A stretch of 64,000 nucleotides of DNA from a virus. Lineage: Duplodnaviria; Caudoviricetes. Positions 38,101-46,591 of the stretch are shown one piece after another (the stretch's first letter is position 1; the number at the start of each line of letters is the position of its first letter). Below the pieces are notes generated by a model. The model saw only the letters and a list, made by a program, of their open reading frames with translations. It was not told where the DNA came from and made no database searches. The translations under genes were made by a program, and so were the position numbers. The stretch lies in the IMG/VR virus record IMGVR_UViG_3300000101_000005. One strand, written 5' to 3'.

Positions 38101-41100
38101 CAAAGTAACGATAACAATGAAGTAATATTTACATTTGAGAAAGCACACTTATTAGCTGTTGATGATATATTTGGTATTAAAACAATAGCTGGACTAAATC
38201 AGTTTTGGAAAGTAAAAGCAGTAACAACTAATACAGTTACAGTACAGCATACATTAAAGTATGATGCAGATCAAGGATTTGAACCTAGTACAGGTGCTTA
38301 CCCAATGCTATTAACTGAAGCACGTTTTAGTACTTACGATAACGTTGATGTAGAAAAGTTAGCATTACTAACCGACGGATCAAAGCTATTTGTAGACTCT
38401 AACGTTAACTCACGTTGGGAAGTTGTTGAAAAGAAAAAACAGTTTACAGGTAAGAAAATTATTGACTTTGGTATCATTGATCCAACAAGTGTTGGTAAAA
38501 AAACAGTTTACAGTGATACACTTAAACAAGTTATAGTTGGCATACCTGATGTAGCAAGGGTAGGAGTTTATATTCAAGGTGCAACTGGTCTATCGTCTAA
38601 GCAATTGCTTGAACCACCAACATGGTTAACAACAGATGTTACAGGATCGTTTGGTCTTGAACTGGCATTAAGCCCAGATAGCAATTGGTTGATGGTTGGC
38701 GCACATACAGCAAGTGGCATTCCTAATAGATACAAAGGACCGTTTGATGTAAATGCAAACTACCTAGTCAACGATATTGTTTTATACTCAGGAAGACTTT
38801 ATAAAGCACAAGATAATATTAACGGTGACGGTAGTACTATCGACGTGTATAGTAACGAATGGGTTGAAGTACAGAAAATTAAAGCTGAACAAGATGGTTC
38901 AAATGCAGGAGACTTTGAGACAGGGGTAATATTCATTTACCAATACCAAGCTCAACAGTGGAACTTGTTTGACATACAGGTAAGTCCAAGAACTACACAA
39001 AATGAAAGATTTGGTCAGAAGATTGCAGTTAGTCAAGCAAGTAGTACAGGACCTTATTACATGTCAGTATCAGCACCTGGCTCACAAGATGCAAAAGGTC
39101 GTGTGTATCTTTACACATATGATACAACAGATGGCTGGCACTTAGACTATAATAAAAATTATAAAGGCATTTATGCTGCTGATGATTCTACTTTCTATCC
39201 TAAGGACTCAATTGTATTTTCAAATGGTGATATGTGGAAAGCATTGGTTGATAATGTTGCAGACGGAAGCTCATTAACAACTGGATCAAATGATTGGGTA
39301 CTAATGGACGAAGTAACAACAGGTGCTTCGCTTCCAATATCAATTGCGACTAACGATGATGGCTCAACACTTGATGCTGGGCTACTTGATGATCAACAAC
39401 TTACTGAATTAATTAAAGAAGACGATCGCTTTGGTACTTCTATAGCAATGAACTATGACGGAACAATACTAGCAGTAGGCGCACCTAACAGTGACAGTCA
39501 GTACTTTTCAAACTATAAAGGCCACTGGAGACCTAACTACGAATATGCACAAGGAGATACAGTCAAGTATCAGGGCGGGTATCATCAGTTACAAAACCTA
39601 GGACCAAGTGCAGTAGGTGCAGATAGTACAATTAGAAGTTATAACGAAGCTCCAGATGCTGGTGAACCTTGGGTTAACGTAGGTGACAGTACTAGTGTTG
39701 CTTCAGGCAAAGTTTACATTTATAAAAAGAACACTGCTGGAGTTTATAGATTACTACAACAAATAAACGCAGATGCTTTACCATACCTAAGTGATCTTGA
39801 TCCAAGCGAAGTTATTAGTTCAGGTGATAAGTTTGGATATGCAATTGGCTTAGACTATTCAGGTAATACATTAGTTGTAACTAGTCCATTAGCAGACAAG
39901 AACTTCCAGAATCAAGGTAGTGCTTACGTATTCAAATATGATACTGACTCAACAGAATTTGCTTACAGGCTAAAACAAAAATTAACAAGTTATTCAGATT
40001 ATCCAAATGAAATGTTTGGTCAAGATATTTCAATATCAAGCGGCACGGAAATAATTGCAATTGGTGCAACTAACTCTCCGTATGTATTGCAAACTAGATT
40101 TGATGCTTCACAAACATTATACGATAGTAATAGAACTACGTTTAGAGACTATGATGGCTTTGCTGGTGCAGTATATGTATTTGAGAAAAAAGGTACAAAT
40201 GAGAAATTCTTCTTATCAGAAAAAATTGACGAAGCACTATCTTTAAATGAATCATTCGGATTTAGTTTATATGCTACAAGAAATGCTATTGTAGTTGGAT
40301 CACCTAACTTTATATCACCTGCATCATCAGGTGTTGATATTTTATTTACAGGAGCCAAAACAGGTACAGTTAGATTATTTGAAAAAACTGAAGGACAAAA
40401 TTCACTAAACATTATTGGCTCACAACCACAGACAGTTGACATTGATAAGTTTAAACGTATTTCATTATACGATACAGAAGATGATACAAAACTTCTTGAT
40501 TTAGAAATCTTTGATCCTGCTAAAATGAAACTGTTAGCAGAAGCAGAAAGAGAGCTTTCGTATAAAGTACCATATGATCCTGCAATATATTCAAATGGTA
40601 CAGCAGAAGGCGCAGTAGTTGACGATTCAATTTGCTGGAAAACTAGAAATGTAGGTAAACTATGGTGGGATATTTCAACTGCTAAATGGTACGACTATGA
40701 GCAAGGCTTAGTATCATATAGAGTAGGTGCTTGGGGTGCATTGGCTCCTGGAGCATCAATTGATATTTACGAATGGGTAGAGTCTAAGTTATTACCATCG
40801 GAGTGGGCAACAATTGCAGATACTAACGAAGGATTACCGTTAGGCATATCAGGGCAACCTTTGTATGCAGACGATAGTGCTTATAGTATAAAAGCAGAAT
40901 TTAATCCTAACACAGGATTGCAAACAGAAGTTTATTATTACTATTGGGTAAAAAATAAAGTTACTGTACCAGAAGGTATTGCTGATAGATCTATTTCAGC
41001 AGGTGACGTGTTTAACTTAATTAATGATCCTTCAGCGTTAGGACAAACCTACGCAGCGTTTATTGATAAAGATAAGTTTTTATTATTCAATTATAAATCA

Positions 41101-44100
41101 ACAGTAGCAGACAGTTCAGCTGTTCTTAATATTGAATACTTTACACAGCAAGAAAATCAAAATCAGATACACCAAGAGTATCAACTTCTTACTGAAGGTG
41201 TTGCAGATAGCTTACCAACAACTTCATTAGAAAATAAATGGATTGATAGTTTAATTGGTTACGATGTACAAGGTAATAGAATACCTGATACTAATTTGCC
41301 AGCAAAACAGCGATACGGTATTAGTTACAGACCAAGACAAAGTATGTTTGTTGATAGAAAGACTTTATTAAAAACTTTAATCACAAACGTTAATGCAATT
41401 ATGCACAAAGAACCATTTGCTGATTCATTAGACTTTACAACATTGAACTCAGTTGATACTAAACCAAGTTCTTTGTTAAATTTATACGACACAACAGTTG
41501 ATACTTACACTGAGTTACTTGAAGTTGGTACATCTAGAACTAAGCAGTGTTCATTACGTGCAAATATTATCGATAATGAAATTAACTCTATTGATATATT
41601 AAGTGCAGGGTTTGGATACAAGATACCTCCTACTATTGAATTTGAAGGTGACGGAACAGGTGCAGAAGCAGTTACTACAATTGACAACCAAGGTAGAGTT
41701 AATAGTGTAACAATTACTAATAGTGGTAAACTTTATACCTATGTTGCTACTAAGCCAAGACAGTTTAGTGTGCTTGTTGAAAGTGATTCAACAGCTGAAA
41801 ACTTCTGGAGCATTTATGCTTGGGACGATACAAGACAATCATGGTACAGAAGTAGATCACAAGCATATAACACACCATCATACTGGTCATATGCTGACTG
41901 GTGGGACAACGATTTTGGTCCTACGTCAAGGATTATATCAGAAATTATCAGTGTTTACGAAGAGCCAACTATAAATGTTGAAATTGGTGATTTGATTAGA
42001 ATCAAAGAATACGGTTCAGGCGGATGGGCAGTGTTTAAGAAAACTGCTAACGTTTCTAATGGTGCTATGAACAATTACGATTTGATTGGTAGAGAGCTAG
42101 GAACTATACAATTTTCAACAACGTTATATGACACAGCACTAAGTGGTGTTGGATTTGATAACGTAGATTCATATGATATTGACTTTTATGATAAAGAAGT
42201 TTCAAATGAACTTAGATTTATTTTACAAGCATTGAAAGAAGATATTTTAATTGGAAATTATGCAGTTGAATGGAATAACTTATTCTTTACATCTATTAGA
42301 TATGTTTTCAAAGAACAAACATACGTTGACTGGGCATTTAAAACTAGTTTCTTAAATGCAACACACAATGTTGGCACATTAAAACAAAAAACTAATTATA
42401 GAAATGATAGTCTTGAAAGCTACTTAGAATACATCAATGAGGTTAAGCCTTATAGTACAACTGTAAGAGAGTATATTAGTAAGTATAATAACTTAGATAC
42501 TGCAAATTCTGCAGTCGCAGACTTTGATTTACCTCCTTATTACTCAGAAGAGAAAGGTAAAATTGTTCCTGTTGAAGGCGCAGACAACATACTATCAACA
42601 TATCCTTATAAATTCTGGAACGATAATAAAGGATATCAAATTACAGAGATTAGTGTTGCAAGTAAAGGTGCAGATTATACAGTAGCACCTAAGGTATCAA
42701 TTACAGGTGGTAATGGAACTGGAGCAAAAGCAACAGCATACGTTTCAAACGGTAAAGTTACAGGAATTACACTAACTGAACACGGTACAGGATACACATC
42801 AACACCAACAGTTTCGCTTATAGGCGGAAACGGAACATCACCGTCACTTGCAAGAGCAGTTGCAGTACTAGGTAACGGTAAAACACGTTCTATGAGTGTT
42901 AATATGAAGTTTGATAGGATTTCTAAAACAGGTATCTACAGTAACTTTACACAAACTGAGTCATTTACTGCTACAGGGTCAACGGCTGTGTTTAATTTAA
43001 CATATCCGCCAACTAGAGACAAAGCAAAAATATCAATTATTAATAATGGCCAAGTAGTTCTTAATAACGAATACACTATATCGTTGTTTACTTTAGAAAC
43101 AGATGTGTACAAACAGTTAAGAGGTAAGATTACATTTGTAATTCCACCAGCTCAGAACGATATTGTTACAATTACATATGAAAAGAATGATGAAATCTTA
43201 GATAGTGTAAGTAGAATTACAAAATACTATAATCCTTCATCAGGTATGGTAGGTAAAGAGCTTGATCAGTTAATGACAGGTATCGACTTTGGTGGTGTTC
43301 AAGTACAAGGTACTACATTTGATGTTACAGGTGGCTGGGACGCACTTCCTTGGTTTACAGACAGTTGGGATAGTGTCGAAGCAGCAGCAGATTACTACTA
43401 TGTTGCAGATGGAAGTACAATTGGTGTAACACTTCCTTATATTCCTACAGACGGACAAGTTATTAACGTTTACTTAAAACGTGCAGGTATTGTTGTACCT
43501 GACGATATTCTTAATTTACAAACTGAAGAAGGCGTTGATGCTCCACCAACACTTAGAATTGATGATCCTAATTATACAGACGCTTGGGATAGTTCGATAG
43601 CAACCAATCCTCATGCACAAATGCCAACATTTATAGGTGACGGCAGCACAAAAGTTGTAGAAGTAGGCGCATATGTTTCAACAAATCCAGGAGATATCTT
43701 AATTTTCCGTCCTGCAGAAAGCGATGGTGCTGTAACTATTAATGATAATAACTTGCTAGATACAAAATTATCAGGTGGTACTTTATCAGCAATGGGTGGT
43801 GCTTATGCAACCGCAACAGGAACACGAGCAGAAGACATTTCAATAGACGGCGGCGAATATACTAGCCCAGACCAAGTTCCTGCAACAGAAGAAAACGTAC
43901 CCGGACAGGTTTTAGACAGTTTAAGTATTAAAGTATTCCATTCAAATCAAAATGCAACAGGTGCTCCTATTAAGTCTAATGTTAGAATAGGTGACGGATC
44001 AACATTAACATATCCTATAGGACAAAAAATTATTGAAAACAAGTCAGTGATAGTATATGTTGACGGCTTAAAAGTTGAACCAGCAACATATACAGTTAGT

Positions 44101-45918
44101 GTTACTAACAGTACTATTGAATTTTCAAGTGTACCAGCACAAAACTCTAAAATTGAAATAGTTTCAATTGGAATAGGTGGTGTATCAATACTTGATTACC
44201 AAGAATTTATTGCAGACGGTGATACTACATTATTCTTAACCAATGCAAATTACGCTGACACTTCAAATATATTTGTATCAGTTAACGGTGTTCAGTCTGA
44301 CACTGGCTTTATATCTAGCACAGACTTATTGCCTGACACACCAAATAGAACATTGGTACAATTTGGTATAAAACCTGATAGACTAGCAGTAATTAGAATA
44401 GTTGCATTTAGTGCAGCAACAGATGTTGATAGTTCATTACAATCTCTAATTAGAGTTAACCAACAAGAGTTTACATATGACGGTAGCACTAAGAGCTATG
44501 ACTTAGATACATTTGTACAATTAAGTAGAGATAGTGCATTAGCATCAACTATTGTTGAAGTAAACAATAAAAAACTAAAAAGTGTTGATACTGTTTACAA
44601 TATCTACGATGGTGTAACTAAAAAGTTTGTAATAGGAGTTGATCCTATTGTATCATCAGGTTCTATTGTTCCTAACAATATTAAAGTTTTTATTAATAAC
44701 GAATTAAAAACATTCATTACAGATTACGTTTATAATGGTACAACAAAAGAGCTTGAGGTTACTGCGGAAAATTTGACGGTCGGTGATGTTATTAAGATTG
44801 AAAATAACCTAGGAGCAGAATACTCTGTAATTGGTAACAACATTGTTATTAACGATTCAACAGCACTAACATTAGGAGATACTATTGATGTTACTTGGTT
44901 TAGTGAATATCCGTCCATGGATATTGTTAGCGATCTATATACAGGTGGTAAAGCATTTTATCCTATAGCATTTAAACCATTGGGTGTAAGTTACACTTGG
45001 GTTTATAGAAACAAAAATAAACTAATACAAGACGTTGATTATAGACTAGATGTTGAAAGAGGTGTTATATATATTGAAGGATCTAATAAAGAAACAGATG
45101 TTTTTGAAATTATAGCGTTTGGTTCTAATGTATTTGCACTACCAAGTGCTTATCAACTTAGCAAAGACATGTTAAACATTAATAGATACTCTAGATATGC
45201 TATCACTGATAGTTTAGTATTAGCAAAAGAATTAACTTACTATGACGAAACTATTACACTTAAAGACGCTTCTTCACTGTTTGATCCTGTTGCAAGTAAC
45301 AATGTACCAGGCATTATTGAAATCGACGGTGAGAAAATTGAATACATAACCAAAAGTGGTAATGTACTAAGCAACTTGAGAAGAGGTACACAAGGTACAG
45401 CAATTAAGACTTTAAGCTCAGTAGGAGAATATGTGGTTGATATAAGTACGGATCAAACTATTCCGTACAAAGATACACATTCAAGAACAGATTTTGTTAG
45501 TGATGGAAGTAGCCAGTTAATTGGTCCTCTTCCTTTTACTCCTAAGCTAAGTACTGTTACAGATTGGTATCAAGGTACTATTCCAGCAATTTATGGAAGA
45601 TGTGACTCGATTGAAGTATTTGTTGGAGGTAAGCGATTACGCAAAACATACATAGATCAGTATAACGAAACTATAGGTTCAACTAGCCCGGCGGGCGATG
45701 AGAAGGTTGAAGCTGAATTTAGTGTTGACGGATCGTCAGCATATATTAGACTAACAAATGTGCCTGCGGCAGGTACACGAATTAGTATTATAAAACAACA
45801 AGGACAAGTATGGTACGATAGAGGCCAAAATACTGCTACATCAGGCGTTACACTGCTTAAAAACAGTACTCCAATTAGTCAGTTCATTGCTGCCAATACA
45901 TCGAAGTTACCTGAATAA
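32137..45918 (+). CDS. Giant multidomain baseplate protein (gp7 position)
   Basis: 4593-aa uninterrupted ORF; FG-GAP-like propeller repeats, carbohydrate-binding-module-like repeats, GxGYxxxP and xxDGST repeats. Confidence 0.7.
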   Translation: MADNKKFPNSEIPIRKSKDLLPTVFQTPANDKFLSGVLDPLVQPGVVDKTVGYIGKRYGKTFTGNDVYLDTDQTLRSRYQLEPAVTVEENREIKKFKDYIDLKSMIEFFGNANERDDKTTEQEHYSWNPPIVWDKFVNYREYYWIPGGTPSIDVYGQAANIQSTYKVGTGINSWLVTPDSVTNNPDIILYRGQEYKFEINSPEEGFYIRNNYDTGSLEFNTNKAYFPGELAVFNKQLWKCVNETSPLDGSSITIDSQDWKLVSNDAGFASLLYRDGVEGNGTKVGTVTFKVPQNSPDILYYQSDVSPNRLGRFIISDIDSNTFINVDKEIVGKKDYTTADGLEFTNGLVVEFRGQVQPSKYAEGQWLIEGVGNEITLIRFADLVPPPLDTDSPDILFDNQGFDTQPFDDASQYPGNKDYITISRNSKDSNPWSRYNRWFHRTVLESAFKLRNQDFDSLESARAKRPIIEFLPDIQLYNHGGIAKQTVDYVDTFTDDVFSKVEGSQGYNIDGEFLFEGARVLVIADTDSLANNRIYEVKFVKHNNTTQINLKETADTLSAFNEGVLVRRGTVNSGKMYHYDGTTWKLSQEKIATNQAPKFELYDSTGVAFSNETTYPVSSFVGSNLLGYKVGSGVVDTELGFALTYANINNVGDIVFDWSFETEKFTYTLLQKQYSKNTNTGFYKINGVYANGWIATDKTYIQPIIDQYTFNTSDSIGIFNTVEWETLPSNALINFYLNGEYISNTYTRSANQFTFDRTFSINDVLTVKVVAAVKPDQGYYQIPAGLEKNPLNEQLKTFTLGQATDHLKSSLEFDRRVIGSVPGVSNLRDVDGYQKHSTRFMKHSGFAAVSTLLVNDKDVNIVKSLRYAKSAYTIFKQNIIKKAIEVEFNENTSDFLDNIIENITKTKTIESPFADSDMIGAGAFTKTDYVVDDPGIKNFTLNENFDLTTLSRKAAYVYLNDVQLIVGKDYEVNGALGFITIKGTLVPGDRLEIREYVSTAFSHVPPTPSSLGLYPKYEPTKYLDDTYRVPKDIIQGHDGSKTTAYGDYRDDLLLEFEKRVFNNIKQEYDPAIFDVQKALGGYYGNSTFTKEELDNVINQEFLSWVQNTNLGYTTNDYFVDTEPFTYTYSNMTDPTGKENLPGYWRGVYKYFYDTDRPHTHPWEMLGFSIKPSWFDTEYGVAPYTNGNLVLWEDIAQGKIAQGTRAGIYPRYARTTILNHIPCDCDGKLVDPLTSGLAGNFQLVNNRGPFKLGDDSPVENAWKTSSEYPFAITTALALLKPFDYLVLNFDRSVTKRNIINQLVNVTSDTFLKPTDLKFPVAGTTQVAGLAMYIASYIKSKGASVAEAQKNIDNINVRLSSRVSGFVDKQQQKYLLDSKNPSSASASVFIPPENYDIIFNVSSPISSVTYSGIIFEKTTQGWVVNGYDDINPYFNTFETFPQQKDPVISVAGTSEPFATWEQEKRFNNGGIIQYRGTFYRATATFTSGETFDKSNLVQLPDLPVANAVTAQQRRNFNSFKVKKVSYGTEFNKVQDVVDFLLGYQAHLKSLGFDFANYDGTNQVVQDFVTASKEFMYWTVHNWAVGSVLSVSPGASNMDVKLAVGVADNLLDSFYDYSVLKADGSAIDPKFINVSRSFQNISISTTNTTEGIYLLKLNYVLKEHVVVFDDKTVFNDTIFDKATGYRQERIKAQGFRTTDWDGDYTSPGFLFDNVSFDTWTPYYDYKLGDIVSYRAYKYTAKGNHTSEEEFNDNNWTQLDSTPEKQLVPNFDYRINQIEDYFDVASEGLGKSQRDLARHTVGYQSRTYLENLSEDPTTQFKLYQGFIREKGTPNAITKLFTKLGDNTSTAAVDLNEEWGFRLGRIGGVDQSERLEIRLDTDKFKLNPQPVLVEASAQDKVDRYYRVDSTNFEFGPTPFTTAINPVSYDSTPVLTAGYVAVGQTDATVTNRDEILNLAITTISDNDHIWVTFDGPSWTVLRANTVYDLKITNVQSNDNNEVIFTFEKAHLLAVDDIFGIKTIAGLNQFWKVKAVTTNTVTVQHTLKYDADQGFEPSTGAYPMLLTEARFSTYDNVDVEKLALLTDGSKLFVDSNVNSRWEVVEKKKQFTGKKIIDFGIIDPTSVGKKTVYSDTLKQVIVGIPDVARVGVYIQGATGLSSKQLLEPPTWLTTDVTGSFGLELALSPDSNWLMVGAHTASGIPNRYKGPFDVNANYLVNDIVLYSGRLYKAQDNINGDGSTIDVYSNEWVEVQKIKAEQDGSNAGDFETGVIFIYQYQAQQWNLFDIQVSPRTTQNERFGQKIAVSQASSTGPYYMSVSAPGSQDAKGRVYLYTYDTTDGWHLDYNKNYKGIYAADDSTFYPKDSIVFSNGDMWKALVDNVADGSSLTTGSNDWVLMDEVTTGASLPISIATNDDGSTLDAGLLDDQQLTELIKEDDRFGTSIAMNYDGTILAVGAPNSDSQYFSNYKGHWRPNYEYAQGDTVKYQGGYHQLQNLGPSAVGADSTIRSYNEAPDAGEPWVNVGDSTSVASGKVYIYKKNTAGVYRLLQQINADALPYLSDLDPSEVISSGDKFGYAIGLDYSGNTLVVTSPLADKNFQNQGSAYVFKYDTDSTEFAYRLKQKLTSYSDYPNEMFGQDISISSGTEIIAIGATNSPYVLQTRFDASQTLYDSNRTTFRDYDGFAGAVYVFEKKGTNEKFFLSEKIDEALSLNESFGFSLYATRNAIVVGSPNFISPASSGVDILFTGAKTGTVRLFEKTEGQNSLNIIGSQPQTVDIDKFKRISLYDTEDDTKLLDLEIFDPAKMKLLAEAERELSYKVPYDPAIYSNGTAEGAVVDDSICWKTRNVGKLWWDISTAKWYDYEQGLVSYRVGAWGALAPGASIDIYEWVESKLLPSEWATIADTNEGLPLGISGQPLYADDSAYSIKAEFNPNTGLQTEVYYYYWVKNKVTVPEGIADRSISAGDVFNLINDPSALGQTYAAFIDKDKFLLFNYKSTVADSSAVLNIEYFTQQENQNQIHQEYQLLTEGVADSLPTTSLENKWIDSLIGYDVQGNRIPDTNLPAKQRYGISYRPRQSMFVDRKTLLKTLITNVNAIMHKEPFADSLDFTTLNSVDTKPSSLLNLYDTTVDTYTELLEVGTSRTKQCSLRANIIDNEINSIDILSAGFGYKIPPTIEFEGDGTGAEAVTTIDNQGRVNSVTITNSGKLYTYVATKPRQFSVLVESDSTAENFWSIYAWDDTRQSWYRSRSQAYNTPSYWSYADWWDNDFGPTSRIISEIISVYEEPTINVEIGDLIRIKEYGSGGWAVFKKTANVSNGAMNNYDLIGRELGTIQFSTTLYDTALSGVGFDNVDSYDIDFYDKEVSNELRFILQALKEDILIGNYAVEWNNLFFTSIRYVFKEQTYVDWAFKTSFLNATHNVGTLKQKTNYRNDSLESYLEYINEVKPYSTTVREYISKYNNLDTANSAVADFDLPPYYSEEKGKIVPVEGADNILSTYPYKFWNDNKGYQITEISVASKGADYTVAPKVSITGGNGTGAKATAYVSNGKVTGITLTEHGTGYTSTPTVSLIGGNGTSPSLARAVAVLGNGKTRSMSVNMKFDRISKTGIYSNFTQTESFTATGSTAVFNLTYPPTRDKAKISIINNGQVVLNNEYTISLFTLETDVYKQLRGKITFVIPPAQNDIVTITYEKNDEILDSVSRITKYYNPSSGMVGKELDQLMTGIDFGGVQVQGTTFDVTGGWDALPWFTDSWDSVEAAADYYYVADGSTIGVTLPYIPTDGQVINVYLKRAGIVVPDDILNLQTEEGVDAPPTLRIDDPNYTDAWDSSIATNPHAQMPTFIGDGSTKVVEVGAYVSTNPGDILIFRPAESDGAVTINDNNLLDTKLSGGTLSAMGGAYATATGTRAEDISIDGGEYTSPDQVPATEENVPGQVLDSLSIKVFHSNQNATGAPIKSNVRIGDGSTLTYPIGQKIIENKSVIVYVDGLKVEPATYTVSVTNSTIEFSSVPAQNSKIEIVSIGIGGVSILDYQEFIADGDTTLFLTNANYADTSNIFVSVNGVQSDTGFISSTDLLPDTPNRTLVQFGIKPDRLAVIRIVAFSAATDVDSSLQSLIRVNQQEFTYDGSTKSYDLDTFVQLSRDSALASTIVEVNNKKLKSVDTVYNIYDGVTKKFVIGVDPIVSSGSIVPNNIKVFINNELKTFITDYVYNGTTKELEVTAENLTVGDVIKIENNLGAEYSVIGNNIVINDSTALTLGDTIDVTWFSEYPSMDIVSDLYTGGKAFYPIAFKPLGVSYTWVYRNKNKLIQDVDYRLDVERGVIYIEGSNKETDVFEIIAFGSNVFALPSAYQLSKDMLNINRYSRYAITDSLVLAKELTYYDETITLKDASSLFDPVASNNVPGIIEIDGEKIEYITKSGNVLSNLRRGTQGTAIKTLSSVGEYVVDISTDQTIPYKDTHSRTDFVSDGSSQLIGPLPFTPKLSTVTDWYQGTIPAIYGRCDSIEVFVGGKRLRKTYIDQYNETIGSTSPAGDEKVEAEFSVDGSSAYIRLTNVPAAGTRISIIKQQGQVWYDRGQNTATSGVTLLKNSTPISQFIAANTSKLPE

Positions 45919-45921
45919 ATA
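45916..45921 (+). promoter_or_regulatory. gp55-type late promoter (TAAATA)
   Basis: AATAAATAC at the stop of the giant gene. Confidence 0.65.
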
Positions 45922-45925
45922 CACT

Positions 45926-46588
45926 ATGAAACTGGAAGATAAAAATATGTCAAACAAAGAAAACAAAACGCCAAAAGCACCTGGATTGAATGAAACCGGC
46001 GGGTTCCATTTTGAAGGGCATATTAAGATTTTTGATCCTGAAACTGGCGAAGTTTTTCAGGATAAACGTAATGCAATACACTATGAAAACATGAGTGTTG
46101 CAATAGTTAACAGTCTTTCAAATCAAGGGGAAGGTACAGTTTACCAAATGGCGTTTGGTAGCGGTGGTACTACAGTTGACCCTACAGGATTAATTACATA
46201 CTTAACACCTAACACAGTTGGTTCAAACTCCAGTTTATATAACCAAACATATGTTAAAGTTATTGATCAAAGCTCTATTGCAAACGCTGATCCAGTACGT
46301 AACAAAATGGAAGTTAGACACGTTAGTGGTGCAACCTACAGTGACATTGTAATTACATGTACACTTGATTATGGTGAGCCAGACGATCAACAAGCATTTG
46401 ATAATAGTGTTAACATGGACAGTAACTTTGTTTTTGACGAGCTTGGGCTTAAATGGTATAATGCTACAGGCACAGGCAAACTTTTAACACACGTGGTTTT
46501 CCACCCTGTACAAAAGTCTTTGAACAGACTCTTACAAGTTGATTATACAATCAGAGTACAGAGTTTAACAGGCTTTACGGAGGTTTAA
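45926..46588 (+). CDS. Baseplate structural protein (gp8 position)
   Basis: Likely start ATG 45926 or 45947 rather than 45887; MAFGSGG, FDELGL, THVVFHPVQKSLNR. Confidence 0.55.
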   Translation: MKLEDKNMSNKENKTPKAPGLNETGGFHFEGHIKIFDPETGEVFQDKRNAIHYENMSVAIVNSLSNQGEGTVYQMAFGSGGTTVDPTGLITYLTPNTVGSNSSLYNQTYVKVIDQSSIANADPVRNKMEVRHVSGATYSDIVITCTLDYGEPDDQQAFDNSVNMDSNFVFDELGLKWYNATGTGKLLTHVVFHPVQKSLNRLLQVDYTIRVQSLTGFTEV

Positions 46589-46591
46589 TAA

